Below are positions 50,148-60,660 of a stretch of DNA of 64,000 bases, one piece after another (the stretch's first letter is position 1; each line of letters begins with the position of its first letter). Origin of the DNA: Candidatus Limnocylindria bacterium. Lineage in GTDB: Bacteria; Chloroflexota; Limnocylindria; QHBO01. The DNA is taken from the NCBI GenBank assembly GCA_038209995.1, contig JBBQXD010000010.1, forward strand, positions 10,245 to 74,244, written 5' to 3'. Made by a program: the position numbers and the translations under genes. The notes below the pieces were generated by a model. The model ran no database searches. It saw only the letters and a program-made list of their open reading frames with translations, and was not told the origin of the DNA.

Positions 50148-51649
50148 CGCGCGACCGCTCTCTGCCGCAGCTTGTCGACCGCGGCATCGATGCGCGCCAC
50201 CGTGACATCGCGCCCGAGCAGCTCCATCGACCCGAAGAGGGGCGGTGAGACGGCACGGCCGGTGACCGCCAGGCGCAGCGGACGGAAGAAGTCGCCCGCC
50301 TTCCAGCCCAGCTCATCGGCGGCGGTGCGGCAGCGCGCCTCGATGACCTCGGCGCTGAAGTCGGCGGGGTCGAGCGCCTCGAGCGCGGCCCGAGCCTGCG
50401 CGAGCGCGGCGGCGGTCCCCTCCGCATCGGCCCTCTTCGGGACCAGCTCCTCGGCGTCGTAGCGCGCCGCGACCTCCGCATCGCGCTCGACCAGGAAAGC
50501 GACGAGCTCCCGCGCGTCGGCGAGCCGCACGAGCCGCTCCTTGACGAGCGGCACGATCCGCAGCAGCGACCCGTCGTCCAGGGCGTCGGGGATGAACGGC
50601 CGCAGGCGGAGTGCCAGCTGCTCATCGGTCAGGGCGCGGATGTAGACGCCGTTGAGGTGGTCGAGCCGCTCCGCGTCGAACACGGCACCCGCCTTGTGGA
50701 CCTTCTCGATCTCGAAGCGCTTGGCGAGCTCGTCGAGGGTGAAGATCTCCTCCTCGGTGCCCGGCGACCAGCCCAGGAAGGCGAGGAAGTTCACCATCGC
50801 CTCCGGCAGGTAACCCAGGTCGCGGTAGGCGCTCATCGCGGTCTGCGACTTCCGCTTGCTCATCTTCGACCGATCCGGGTTGAGGATGAGCGGGATGTGG
50901 CCGAAGAACGGCTCGCGGTACCCGAGGGCACGGATCAGGGCGATGTGCTTGGGCGTGTTCGAGAGGTGGTCCTCGCCGCGGATGACGTGGGTGATCGCCA
51001 TCGCCTCGTCGTCGATGACCACCACGAAGTGGTAGAGCGGCATGCCGTCGGCGCGCACGATCACGAAGTCGCCCAGCAGGCCGTTGTCGAACTCCACGGC
51101 GCCGCGGATGAGGTCGTGGAAGCGGATCGTCTCGGCCGGCACGTGGAATCGGATCGCGGCCCGGCGGCCCTCCGCCTCGAGCGCCACTCGCTCGGCATCC
51201 GTCAGGGATCGGCAGCGTCCGTTGTAGCGCGGCGGTTGGCGAGCCGCATCCTGCTCGCGACGAACGGCCTCCAGCTCCTCGGCGGTGCAGTAGCAGCGGT
51301 AGGCGGCGCCGCTTGCCAGCAGCCGATCCGCCTCGCGCGCGTAGCGCTCCATCCGCTGGCTCTGGCGGTACGGTCCCAACTCGCCGACATCGGCCCCCCC
51401 GGCGACCTGCGGACCCTCGTCCCAGCTGATCCCCAGCCAATGGAGGCTTTCGATGATGTCGCGCTCGTACGCCTCCGTGCTGCGCGCCGTATCGGTGTCC
51501 TCGATGCGCAGGACGAACGTCCCAGCTTCGTGGCGGGCGGTGAGGAAGTTGTACAGGCTCGTCCGGGCGGTCCCGATGTGGAGCGGCCCGGTAGGGCTAG
51601 GAGCCATGCGGACCCGGATCGGCCGGCCGTCGGGGGAGGTGAGGCTCAT
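50144..51649 (-). CDS. gltX: Glutamate--tRNA ligase
   Basis: RMAPSPTGPLHIG, LRIEDTD, YRQSQR, HVIRGEDH and KMSKR. Confidence 0.97.
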   Translation of the reverse strand: MSLTSPDGRPIRVRMAPSPTGPLHIGTARTSLYNFLTARHEAGTFVLRIEDTDTARSTEAYERDIIESLHWLGISWDEGPQVAGGADVGELGPYRQSQRMERYAREADRLLASGAAYRCYCTAEELEAVRREQDAARQPPRYNGRCRSLTDAERVALEAEGRRAAIRFHVPAETIRFHDLIRGAVEFDNGLLGDFVIVRADGMPLYHFVVVIDDEAMAITHVIRGEDHLSNTPKHIALIRALGYREPFFGHIPLILNPDRSKMSKRKSQTAMSAYRDLGYLPEAMVNFLAFLGWSPGTEEEIFTLDELAKRFEIEKVHKAGAVFDAERLDHLNGVYIRALTDEQLALRLRPFIPDALDDGSLLRIVPLVKERLVRLADARELVAFLVERDAEVAARYDAEELVPKRADAEGTAAALAQARAALEALDPADFSAEVIEARCRTAADELGWKAGDFFRPLRLAVTGRAVSPPLFGSMELLGRDVTVARIDAAVDKLRQRAVAR

Positions 51650-51749
51650 CGTCCGCCGATCCTAGCAGGCACAGAACCCAGGGCTAGGCATCGCCCATCC
51701 TGCATGCCTATGATCGGGGGCCTACGGCCGAGTGTGGAGGACCCCGAGC

Positions 51750-52193
51750 ATGGTCACCGACGGCGATAAGGAATTCAACCCGCATGACCTCTACGATCAG
51801 TTCCCCGACGGTGCCTCGAACGGCTACGGACCGGACCAGGGGTACAACACGATTGTCCGGCTCAACGACCCGCAGCTGTTCACCGACGAGGCGCGGCGCG
51901 ACCCGGCGATCAACGAGTTCCTGAACGCCCCGTTCAGCGTGTCGTTCGTCCAGCTGAAGAGCAGCCACCGCGAGGCGGAGTACTACATCCACAAGCCGCA
52001 TCTCGCGATGTCGGGCGAGGTCGACGGGATCGTGGGGACCGTCGACGGCTTCCCAATAGAGAACCGCCACATCGGGACCTACGTCATCAACCACGATGCG
52101 ACGCTCGCGAAGGCGATCATGCGCGCCCTGATCATCGAGGACGGCGCCCAGGCGGGCCAGATGATCCACAAGGAGCCCGACCCGCAGGGCTGA
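51750..52193 (+). CDS. Hypothetical protein
   Basis: GGAGG RBS, strong GC3 bias, 147 aa; no recognised family. Confidence 0.8.
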   Translation: MVTDGDKEFNPHDLYDQFPDGASNGYGPDQGYNTIVRLNDPQLFTDEARRDPAINEFLNAPFSVSFVQLKSSHREAEYYIHKPHLAMSGEVDGIVGTVDGFPIENRHIGTYVINHDATLAKAIMRALIIEDGAQAGQMIHKEPDPQG

Positions 52194-52196
52194 CCG

Positions 52197-55100
52197 ATGC
52201 GCTGCCCCGCGTGCGACGCCAGTAACTCGGAGCTCGCCCGCTTCTGCGCGAGCTGTGGCGGCCGCCTGACCGCCACCTGCTCGCATTGCCATGCCGAGGT
52301 GGCGCTCGCGGCCCGATTCTGCACCACGTGCGGCGGCTCGATGCCGGTGACCGAGGAGCCCGTGCGGAGCGACCATGGTCGGTCACTGAGTGCCGAGCGA
52401 CGACGGGTGAGCGTGCTCTTCGCCGACCTCGAGAACTTCACCGGCCTCGTCGAGTCGCTCGATCCGGAGGAGGTTCGGGCCATCCAGTCACGCTACTTCG
52501 AGGTCGCGCGCGCAACCGTCGCGATCTACGGCGGGATCATCGAGAAGTTCATCGGCGACGCGGTGGTCGCGGTGTGGGGCGCGCCGACGGCTCACGAGGA
52601 TGACGCCGAGCGGGCGACGCGGGCCGCCCTCGAGCTCGTCGAAGCCGTCGGGCGGCTGACCGGGTCGGGCGGCGGCGGGCGGCTCGCCGCGCGGGCCGCG
52701 GTCGCGACCGGCGAGGCGGCGGTCGGCCCGGCCGACGGACAGGGGATGGTCAGCGGCGACGTCATCAACCTCGCGGCGCGCCTGCAGGCGGTGGCGCCAG
52801 GTGGCGCCGTGATCCTCGATGAGCGCACCGAGCATGCGGTGGGCCCCGACGCGGGGATCGCGTTCACCGGCATCGGGCCGCTCCAGCTCAAGGGCAAGGC
52901 TGCCCCGGTTCGAGCCCAAACGGCCACGCTGGGCGATCGGCCGCGCGGCGGTCGCGGAGCCGGCCATACCGGGACCTTCGTGGGCCGGGAGGCGGAGCTG
53001 CGCGAGCTGATCCGCCTCTTCGAGGCGACCGCGATCGAGCGGCGCGGCCGGATGGCCTCGGTGCTCGGGATCGCCGGCATCGGCAAGAGCCGGCTCGCAT
53101 GGGAGCTGGAGCGCGCCATCGGAGAGCGCCAGCAGGGCGTCGAATGGCAGACCGGCGGCGCGCCTGCGTACGGCAACGGGATCGCGTTCGCGGCTGTGGG
53201 CGAGATCGTGCGCCGACGATGCCGCATCGCGGAGCACGCGGAGGCCGAGGTCGCGCGCCGGCAGCTGGGTGCCGCACTCGCCGAGCTGATCCGCGACCCG
53301 GAGGACCGCGCCTGGATCGAGCCGCGGCTCGCCGTGCTGCTCGACCCGGGCGCCGCCGCGGAGTTCGAGCGGGAGGAGCTGTTCGCCGCATGGCGCCGCT
53401 TCTTCGAGCGGCTCGCCGACGAGGCGCCGACGGTGCTGGTCTTCGAGGACCTGCAGTGGGCCGATGCCGGCCTGCTGGATTTCATCGAGCACCTCGCGAC
53501 CTGGACGCGTGACCATCCGATCCTCGTCCTTACCCTCGCCCGCCCGGAGCTCCTCGACGCACGGCCGACATGGGGCGCCGCCCAGCGCTCGTTCACCGCG
53601 CTTCGCCTCGACCGCCTGCCCGATGCCGCGATGCGCGAGCTGCTCGAGGCGCGCGCGCACGGCATTCCGAAGGCCGCACTGCGCCACGTCCTGGATCGGG
53701 CGGGCGGCGTCCCCCTCTACGCGGTGGAGCTGACCCGGATGCTCATCGATCGCGGGCAGCTCGTTCCATCGGACGACGGATATCGGCTCAAGGGCGCGCT
53801 CGCCGACGCCGACGTGCCGGATTCGCTTCACGGCCTGCTCGCCGCGCGCATCGACGCGCTGCCGCCGGCCGAGCGCGCCGTGCTCAGGGCGTCGGCGATC
53901 CTGGGCCGCCGCTTCTCCCCCGAGGCTCTAGTGGCGGTGACGGGCATCGCGGGCGCCGAGCTGCGGCGACGGATCGCGTCGCTCGTCGACCGCGAGCTCC
54001 TCGCGTACGACGACGAGCACCGGTCGCCCGGGATCGGCCAGGTGGCGTTCGTCCAGGACCTGGTCCGCGAGCTTGCGTATCGGACCCTGTCACGCGCCGA
54101 ACGGCAGGCCGGCCACCTTGCCGCCGCGCGGCATTTCGAGGCCATCGGCGACGACGAGCTCGTCGAGTCCTCGGCCGCCCACCTCGCGGCCGCCCATGCG
54201 GCGGACCCCGGCCAGCCGGACGCGCCCGAGATCGCCGCTCGCGCGCGTGCCCTGCTCCGGCAGGCCGCAGGGCGGGCGCTCTCGCTTCACGCGCCCGAGC
54301 GGGCGCTCGACGACCTCGAACGGGCGCTCGCCATGCCCGTCGAGGGCGACGAGCGTGATGTGCTCCTCGAGGAAGCCGCCGGCGCCGCGCGGCGCGCCGG
54401 TCGGCTGTCCATCGCGGAGCGTTACCTGCGCGAGCTCATCGAGCGCATGGATGGGGCCGATGACACCGCGAAGCGCGATCAGAGCCGGGCGCAGCTCGCC
54501 AGCGTCCTGCTCATGGCACACCAGAACGCTGCGGCGCTCGCCGAGCTCGAGTCCGCCATCGATGTAGGCGTGGACGACGCCTCGCCGGCCACCACCGAGC
54601 TCATCGGGCAGCTCGCACGGGCGAACCTCCTCGTCGGTCACGATGCGGAGGCGGTGCGCTGGAGCACGCGGGCCGTGACGCTCGCCCGTCGTCATGAGCT
54701 GACTGCCATCGCCGTCGACGCCCTGATCACGCAGGGCACCGGGCGCTTCCGCGTCGGCGAGGAGCAGGCCGGCCTGGACGATCTGCGCGCCGCGGTGGCT
54801 GAGGCGCGTGACGGTGGGCTCCAGACCGCCGAGCTGCGCGCCCGCAACAACCTCGCCTGGCTCGAGGTCGTCGATGATCCGCGGCTCACGCTTCGCATCG
54901 CGCGAGAGGGCGGCGAGGTCGCCACGCGCATTGGGATGCTCGACTGGGCGGTCCAGATGGCCGAGCTCGGGTGCCTGGCCGCGATCGACACCGGCGACTG
55001 GGACTGGGCGCTCGCGACCCAGGCCCGCTTCGATGAGCAGCCGATCAGCGGCGCCTACCGGATCGACCTGGCGGCGAGCGCCGCCACGATCCATGTCCTG

Positions 55101-55643
55101 CGTGGAAGCCGGCATCCGCTGGGCGCCATCGACGCGCTTGAGCCGATCGATCCCGCGACCGACGCGCAGGACCTCGCCGCCATCGACCACGCGCGCGCGT
55201 GGCACGCCCTGCTGGCCGGCGAGTTCACGGCCGCCAGCGCTTTCGCGGACCGCGCCGCGACCGGCGCGCTCGGCGCCGAGCGGCTGCGCGCCCTCGTCCT
55301 TGCCGCTCGGATCCGTCTCTGGGACAACGACCTCGACGGCGCGCGCGCCGCGCTGGGGGCGATCGACGCGGCGCCGTCGAACGGTCGCGCGGCGGGGGCG
55401 GCGCGCACCACCCTGCTCGCCGGGCTCGAGGCGATGGCGGGCGCCGATGGAGTGGACGCGCGCTACATGGCCGCGGCCGATGCGTGGCGCGCCCTCGACC
55501 TGCCGCTCCATCTCGCGCTCTGCCTGCTCGAGTGGCATTGGTTCGGCGGCGGCGAGACGCGGGTGGAGACGCGCGCCCTTGTCGAGCGGCTTGGCGCGCA
55601 CGGCATCGCGCCACTGCTGGGAGGCGTGGCCGTCGTCAGCTGA
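52197..55643 (+). CDS. Double zinc ribbon + class III nucleotide cyclase + AAA/STAND ATPase + TPR-like protein
   Basis: CxxC x4; FADLENFT, EKFIGDAV and GDVINLAARLQ; Walker A GIAGIGKS; FEDLQWAD. Confidence 0.92.
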   Translation: MRCPACDASNSELARFCASCGGRLTATCSHCHAEVALAARFCTTCGGSMPVTEEPVRSDHGRSLSAERRRVSVLFADLENFTGLVESLDPEEVRAIQSRYFEVARATVAIYGGIIEKFIGDAVVAVWGAPTAHEDDAERATRAALELVEAVGRLTGSGGGGRLAARAAVATGEAAVGPADGQGMVSGDVINLAARLQAVAPGGAVILDERTEHAVGPDAGIAFTGIGPLQLKGKAAPVRAQTATLGDRPRGGRGAGHTGTFVGREAELRELIRLFEATAIERRGRMASVLGIAGIGKSRLAWELERAIGERQQGVEWQTGGAPAYGNGIAFAAVGEIVRRRCRIAEHAEAEVARRQLGAALAELIRDPEDRAWIEPRLAVLLDPGAAAEFEREELFAAWRRFFERLADEAPTVLVFEDLQWADAGLLDFIEHLATWTRDHPILVLTLARPELLDARPTWGAAQRSFTALRLDRLPDAAMRELLEARAHGIPKAALRHVLDRAGGVPLYAVELTRMLIDRGQLVPSDDGYRLKGALADADVPDSLHGLLAARIDALPPAERAVLRASAILGRRFSPEALVAVTGIAGAELRRRIASLVDRELLAYDDEHRSPGIGQVAFVQDLVRELAYRTLSRAERQAGHLAAARHFEAIGDDELVESSAAHLAAAHAADPGQPDAPEIAARARALLRQAAGRALSLHAPERALDDLERALAMPVEGDERDVLLEEAAGAARRAGRLSIAERYLRELIERMDGADDTAKRDQSRAQLASVLLMAHQNAAALAELESAIDVGVDDASPATTELIGQLARANLLVGHDAEAVRWSTRAVTLARRHELTAIAVDALITQGTGRFRVGEEQAGLDDLRAAVAEARDGGLQTAELRARNNLAWLEVVDDPRLTLRIAREGGEVATRIGMLDWAVQMAELGCLAAIDTGDWDWALATQARFDEQPISGAYRIDLAASAATIHVLRGSRHPLGAIDALEPIDPATDAQDLAAIDHARAWHALLAGEFTAASAFADRAATGALGAERLRALVLAARIRLWDNDLDGARAALGAIDAAPSNGRAAGAARTTLLAGLEAMAGADGVDARYMAAADAWRALDLPLHLALCLLEWHWFGGGETRVETRALVERLGAHGIAPLLGGVAVVS

Positions 55644-56322
55644 GCAGGTCTCGCACGACCGGCTCGATGGCGTCAACCCAGAGCCGGTACTGCGCCCCGG
55701 ACGGATGGAGGCCGTCGGCGGCGACGAGCGTCGGATCTGTCGCGACACGCCGGCTGATCGCGAACGGCTCGGCAACGAATCGGATCCCGCGCGTGTTGCA
55801 GGCCGCCGCAAGCAGGGCGTTGACGCGGACGATGCCGCCGTACTGGCGAGCCGGATCGCCGTACGCCGCGCCCTGCGGCGTGACCGTGTAGTCGGGCGTG
55901 GCGACGCAGATGATCCGGGATGACGGCACCACCGCCCGCAGCGCGTCGAGGATCGTGGCCACGTTCGCGGCGTAGGTCGGCTCCGGGACGCCCTGCACCA
56001 CGTCATTGACCCCGATCAGAAGGCTCACGAGGTCGGGCCGCAGGGCCGCCAGCTCGGGCAGCTCGTCGTCGATGAGGTCCTGCGAGGTGTAGCCGTTCAC
56101 ACCGATGTTTGCGGTCAGGGCCAGCGCATCGCCGAGGCGCGCGACCAACTGGTCCGGCCATCGCTCAGCCACCCCGACGGAGGTCCCGATCGTGTACGAG
56201 TCACCAAGCGCGACGTACCGCATCGCCTCCTCTTTCGAGACCGATGGCGCCGCCGGCGCGGCGCACGCGGCCAGCATGACCGCCGCAACGATGACCGAGA
56301 GCCGAGCGGCGATGGCGCCCAA
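55636..56322 (-). CDS. SGNH/GDSL hydrolase, probable lipoprotein (alternative start at 56223)
   Basis: ALGDSYT, IGVND and DGLHPS; lipobox LAAC upstream. Confidence 0.88.
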   Translation of the reverse strand: MGAIAARLSVIVAAVMLAACAAPAAPSVSKEEAMRYVALGDSYTIGTSVGVAERWPDQLVARLGDALALTANIGVNGYTSQDLIDDELPELAALRPDLVSLLIGVNDVVQGVPEPTYAANVATILDALRAVVPSSRIICVATPDYTVTPQGAAYGDPARQYGGIVRVNALLAAACNTRGIRFVAEPFAISRRVATDPTLVAADGLHPSGAQYRLWVDAIEPVVRDLLS

Positions 56323-56359
56323 CGGTGCGCCGCCGAGTCCGGTTCGAGTGGGCAAAGGG

Positions 56360-57793
56360 TCAGGCCCGCTTGTCGGCGTCGAGAGGCTCCTCGTCGTTGC
56401 GGATCGAATCTGCCACGTCGCGCGTCTCGGCCGCCGCCTCGCGCGCCTCGAGAGCAGTCCCGCGCGTGACGCGCGAGGTGGTGCGAAGCTCATCGGTGGT
56501 GTGGACGAGCCGCTCGGCGGCCTCGGTCTTGGCACGGGCGGCCGTCAGCTGCGCATCGCCGAGGTCCACGGCCGCCTCCTCGGCGCGCGCCTCCTCGTGC
56601 GCGGCCTCGGCCTTGTCGGCGGCGAGTGCCACGATCTCCTCCAGCGGCGCGTCCTGCGGCGACTCGCGACGTGCCTCCGCAAGCATCTCCTCGGCCTCCA
56701 CCTCCGCGGTGTCGTGGAGTGTCGCAAGGTTCACGATGTAGGTGAACAACGTGTTGAGCACCGCGATGACCGGGATGCCGAACAGCGCGCCCCATACGCC
56801 CGCGACCTGAGCGCCGACGAGCAGGCCGATGAGGACGAGCAGCGGGTGGAGCCCGAGGGCGCCGTGCATGAGCTTCGGCTGCAACCAGTTGACGACCACC
56901 GTCTGCACCACGAGCAGGACCGGCACCGCAACCAGGATCCAGGCAGGCTGGTAGATCGCGGTCGCGACGATCGGCGGCATGAGCGCGAGGGGCGGCCCGA
57001 AGAAGGGGACGAGCATGAAGACGCTCGACACGGCCACGACGAGGAACAGGTACGGCAGCCCAATCGCGATGCCGAGCGCCAGGACCAGCAGGCCCTGGAT
57101 GGCGGCCAGGATCACCTGCGCGCGGAGGAAGCCGCCGAACGCGCGGGCCACGCTGCGCTCGAGGAGGTCCGCCTCGTCCTCGTAGCGATCGGGGATCAGG
57201 CGATTGATGCCGCGCAGGATCTTCCGGCTGTCGAGGACCATGTAGAGGCTGAGGATCAGGATGATGAGGAGGTTGCCGACCACCGCCACACCGATGCTCG
57301 GCGCCTCCCCGAGCGCCGAGGTGAAGGTCTGCTGCACCTGGGCCACGCCGTCATCGAAGAGGCCGATCAGATCGGGCTGGAAGCGCCCCACGTGGATCGC
57401 GTCCTGCCAGGTCCTGAGCGTCGCCTCGATCTGCATCCGCGTCTGCGGAAACTCGCCCGCGAGCTGCCCGATCTGGCGACCGATCAGGGTGGCGACGATG
57501 AAGATGCCGAGCCCGCCGAGGACGAGCGTGGCGGCGAACACCACGCCGGATGCGACGCCGCGCGACCAGTGCGGCCGCGCCTCGAGGAATCCGACCAGTG
57601 GCGACAGGACGAACGCGAGCAGCCACGCCAGGAAGACGACCATCAGGATCGTCGAGAAGCTCCCGAGGATGACGGCCAGCTTCTCGACGAAGAGGAAGAC
57701 CAGGTACACGGTACCGACGATGAAGAAGGCGACGCGCCAGCGACCGGGATCGGTCCCCAGGTTCGGCACCGGGAGCAGGCGACGCATCCTCAC
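56360..57793 (-). CDS. AI-2E family transporter with charged helical C-terminal tail
   Basis: LAFVLSPLV, VPFFGP, LQPKLMHGALGLHP and GALFGIPV. Confidence 0.9.
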   Translation of the reverse strand: MRMRRLLPVPNLGTDPGRWRVAFFIVGTVYLVFLFVEKLAVILGSFSTILMVVFLAWLLAFVLSPLVGFLEARPHWSRGVASGVVFAATLVLGGLGIFIVATLIGRQIGQLAGEFPQTRMQIEATLRTWQDAIHVGRFQPDLIGLFDDGVAQVQQTFTSALGEAPSIGVAVVGNLLIILILSLYMVLDSRKILRGINRLIPDRYEDEADLLERSVARAFGGFLRAQVILAAIQGLLVLALGIAIGLPYLFLVVAVSSVFMLVPFFGPPLALMPPIVATAIYQPAWILVAVPVLLVVQTVVVNWLQPKLMHGALGLHPLLVLIGLLVGAQVAGVWGALFGIPVIAVLNTLFTYIVNLATLHDTAEVEAEEMLAEARRESPQDAPLEEIVALAADKAEAAHEEARAEEAAVDLGDAQLTAARAKTEAAERLVHTTDELRTTSRVTRGTALEAREAAAETRDVADSIRNDEEPLDADKRA

Positions 57794-58869
57794 GCGGCCC
57801 GTGCGAGGCGGAATGCCGGGCGGACCTCGCCGGCCGGCTCGCCGCGCGGATCGACGATCGGCGGGTGCGCGTAGCCATCGAGTCCCGCCGGCAGCGCGTC
57901 GCCGATGAGCCCGAGCTGGCGGAGCAGCTCGATTGCCGTCACGTCGCCCGCCCGGGTGGCGGCGTTGCCGTCCTCGACGACGGCGGCGATGCCCATCGGC
58001 CCGTCGCCGAACGGCGCGCGCTCCGGCAGTGCGCCAGGTGGCAACCCCATGGCCAGCACCCCTTCCGCGCCGCCCTTGCTGACCAGGCGATGCGGATAGG
58101 CGCGCATGAGGGCGGTATCGATTCGGCGGCGCTCACCGGCAACCAGCTCGGGGTTGGCCATCATCGCGTCGCGGATGCGGCGCAGCGCCTCGGACAGCGG
58201 CCGATCCGCGACCGCCGACGGGTCGGCAAGCCGTGCGTAGGCGACCGCGAGCCCGCGGAGCGGCATGCCGAAGGTCACGACGCCGCAGCCGTCGGTCGCG
58301 GGGACGATGGCCTCGATCGGCACGTCGGAGAGGGCGGAGACCGTCTCGAGGGCGATCCGCTGGACCGGGTGGTCGGGGTGCCAGTACGAGTCGATCGGCC
58401 AGCCGGATGCCTTCGCGAAGAGGAGCATCGCGGCGTGCTTGCCCGAGCAGTTGCCGCGGATCGCCGTGAGCGGCTCGCCGTCGCGCACCAGGCGGCGCGC
58501 GGTCTCGGCGTCATACGGGGCGTGAGTCTGGTTCTGGAGCGCCGCCGCGCTCAGGCCGCCACGGCGCAGGATCTCCTGCACCGTCCGCACGTGGCGGTCC
58601 TCCCCGGAATGGCTGGAGGCCATGACGGCCAGCGCCTCGGCGCCCAGGTCATAGCTGTCGAAGCGACCCGAGGCGACGAACGGAGCGAGCTGAAACGGCT
58701 TCGCCGCGGAGCGGGCGAAGATGAAGTGGTCCGCGTCGCCGACACTGGCGATGGTTGCGCCGTCCGGCGCCGCCACCACCGCCGACCCCCGATGCCGCGA
58801 CTCGACGCGCCCGCCGCGCAGGACCTCGACGAGCACGGGCGGCGCCGCCACCCGCGCGCTGCGAGTCAC
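57790..58869 (-). CDS. L-asparaginase II (Rhizobium AnsA-type)
   Basis: VESRHRG, RSAAKPFQ, SHSGE, NCSGKH, DGCG and SKGGAEG. Confidence 0.92.
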   Translation of the reverse strand: MTRSARVAAPPVLVEVLRGGRVESRHRGSAVVAAPDGATIASVGDADHFIFARSAAKPFQLAPFVASGRFDSYDLGAEALAVMASSHSGEDRHVRTVQEILRRGGLSAAALQNQTHAPYDAETARRLVRDGEPLTAIRGNCSGKHAAMLLFAKASGWPIDSYWHPDHPVQRIALETVSALSDVPIEAIVPATDGCGVVTFGMPLRGLAVAYARLADPSAVADRPLSEALRRIRDAMMANPELVAGERRRIDTALMRAYPHRLVSKGGAEGVLAMGLPPGALPERAPFGDGPMGIAAVVEDGNAATRAGDVTAIELLRQLGLIGDALPAGLDGYAHPPIVDPRGEPAGEVRPAFRLARAA

Positions 58870-58898
58870 GGGAGCGGCCGCGGCCGGTCGTTGGTCGG

Positions 58899-59516
58899 TC
58901 AGCCGCCCTCGCCGGAGCGCTCGCCGGCCGGAGCGGCCTCGCGATCCTGCTTGCTGAAGATGCTGCCCTGGTTCTGGTTGCCGGGGCCGCCCTGCCCGCG
59001 AACCGGGACCGCCGCCTGGGGATTGGCGCCGCCCTGGGCCGGCGTCGGGCGCGCGCTCGGTTCGCGCGTCATCGTCACGCCACCCTCCCAGTGCGCACCT
59101 TCCTTGATGACCAGCACCTGGGTCTTGATGTTGCCCTTGACACGCCCGGTCGAACCGATCTCGAAGCGGCCGCCACAGTCGACGTCACCCTCGTAGTCGC
59201 CGTTGATGACGACGTTTTGGGCTTTGATCGCGCTGCGGACGCGCGCCTGGGGGCTGATGATGAGGGTGCCCTGGCACTCGATCTCGCCTTGCGCCTCGCC
59301 CTCGATCCGCAGGTCGCGATCGCTGACATACTTGCCGTTGAAGCGGGCGTGGGGATCAATCACGCTCTCGTTGCCGGCATCGCGGCGGAACGAGGGCTCA
59401 TTCGGTGTCGGCGTCACATCGACCTCGCTGCTGAGGGATTCTGGATAGAGGTTGCCCACGACGTCCTCGCGGGTGAGCCCATCCGGGCGCTGATCTCGCT
59501 TTGATCCGAAGACCAT
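58899..59516 (-). CDS. Bactofilin (polymer-forming cytoskeletal protein)
   Basis: DLRIEGEAQGEI...VVINGDYEGDV...GRVKGNI...EGAHWEG beta-helix; AGGAGGT RBS. Confidence 0.88.
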   Translation of the reverse strand: MVFGSKRDQRPDGLTREDVVGNLYPESLSSEVDVTPTPNEPSFRRDAGNESVIDPHARFNGKYVSDRDLRIEGEAQGEIECQGTLIISPQARVRSAIKAQNVVINGDYEGDVDCGGRFEIGSTGRVKGNIKTQVLVIKEGAHWEGGVTMTREPSARPTPAQGGANPQAAVPVRGQGGPGNQNQGSIFSKQDREAAPAGERSGEGG

Positions 59517-59728
59517 GCTGTTGGCGTACCTCCTGCTGCGCGGCAACGTGGACGGAACGGGTCTACGCGACCGAGCACGGATCGCCCCGCAAGGACCGAT
59601 AGCCTAGCAGCAAGCACCAGCCTCAAGATAGTGCCCCGTCATTGCCATGCCTCGCCGAGGTGCGATCGGAGTCCTCCTCGGCACCGCGATCATCGCCAGC
59701 GGTACGGGCAGGACTAGAATGCCCGCCG

Positions 59729-60457
59729 ATGCCTGATGCGCCATCGAACCTCCACGTCAGCCGCCACCCGCTTGTGGCGCACAAGCTGTCGATCCTCCGG
59801 GACGTCAGCACCGACCCAAAGAAGTTTCGGGAGCTCGTCCGCGAGCTGACGTGGCTGCTCGGCTACGAGGCGATGGCCGACCTGACCGTTCAGCCCCGCT
59901 CGGTCGAGACGCCGCTCGAGCGGCTCGAAGGCGCCGAGCTCGAGCCCCGGGTCGGGCTCGTCCCCGTCCTGCGCGCGGGTCTGGGGATGGTCGACGCCAT
60001 GCTCGAGCTGATGCCATCGGCGGAGGTGTGGCACATCGGGCTCTACCGCGACGAACGCACCCTGAAGCCGGTCGAGTACTACAACAAGCTGCCGGACGCG
60101 GCGACCGTCCAGGTCTGCCTCATCCTCGACCCGATGCTCGCCACCGGCGGCTCCTCCGCCGCCACGGTCGACATCCTCAAGGCGTGGGGCGCGGCGCGCA
60201 TCAAGCAGGTGTCACTCATCGCGGCGCCGGAGGGTGTCGCAACCCTCTCGAGCGCGCACCCCGACGTCGACATCCACGTCGGCGCCGTCGACCGCGAGCT
60301 GAACGAGCGGGGCTACATCGTCCCCGGCCTGGGCGACGCGGGCGATCGGCAGTTCGGCACGTTCGCGGGTCCGTCGTCGGAACCGGGCCACGGCCCGGAC
60401 GAGGAGACCGCGGAGGTCGTGCGCCGCCTCCGGCGCGATCTCGGGCGCGAGGACTAG
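59729..60457 (+). CDS. upp: Uracil phosphoribosyltransferase
   Basis: [27 protein letters not shown] and [12 protein letters not shown]. Confidence 0.97.
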   Translation: MPDAPSNLHVSRHPLVAHKLSILRDVSTDPKKFRELVRELTWLLGYEAMADLTVQPRSVETPLERLEGAELEPRVGLVPVLRAGLGMVDAMLELMPSAEVWHIGLYRDERTLKPVEYYNKLPDAATVQVCLILDPMLATGGSSAATVDILKAWGAARIKQVSLIAAPEGVATLSSAHPDVDIHVGAVDRELNERGYIVPGLGDAGDRQFGTFAGPSSEPGHGPDEETAEVVRRLRRDLGRED

Positions 60458-60534
60458 GTTCGCGCGCGGCCGATCGGGCAGGTCGCTGGCGTGCGATTGA
60501 CGATGCAACGATCGCTATGCAGCGCGCAACGAAA

Positions 60535-60636
60535 CGTCCCGAAGGAACCGCCGCTGCGAACCGTTGATGCAATCGCCGGTGTCGCGTACGGACCGTTGAT
60601 GTAATCGCCGGTGCCGTTGGCCGCCCCTTCGGGACG
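60535..60636. repeat. 22-bp direct repeat pair nested inside an 11-bp inverted repeat
   Basis: ACCGTTGATGYAATCGCCGGTG at 60560 and 60592; CGTCCCGAAGG at 60535 and CCTTCGGGACG at 60626. Confidence 0.8.
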
Positions 60637-60660
60637 ACCTCAGAATACGGGCCAGGGCGA

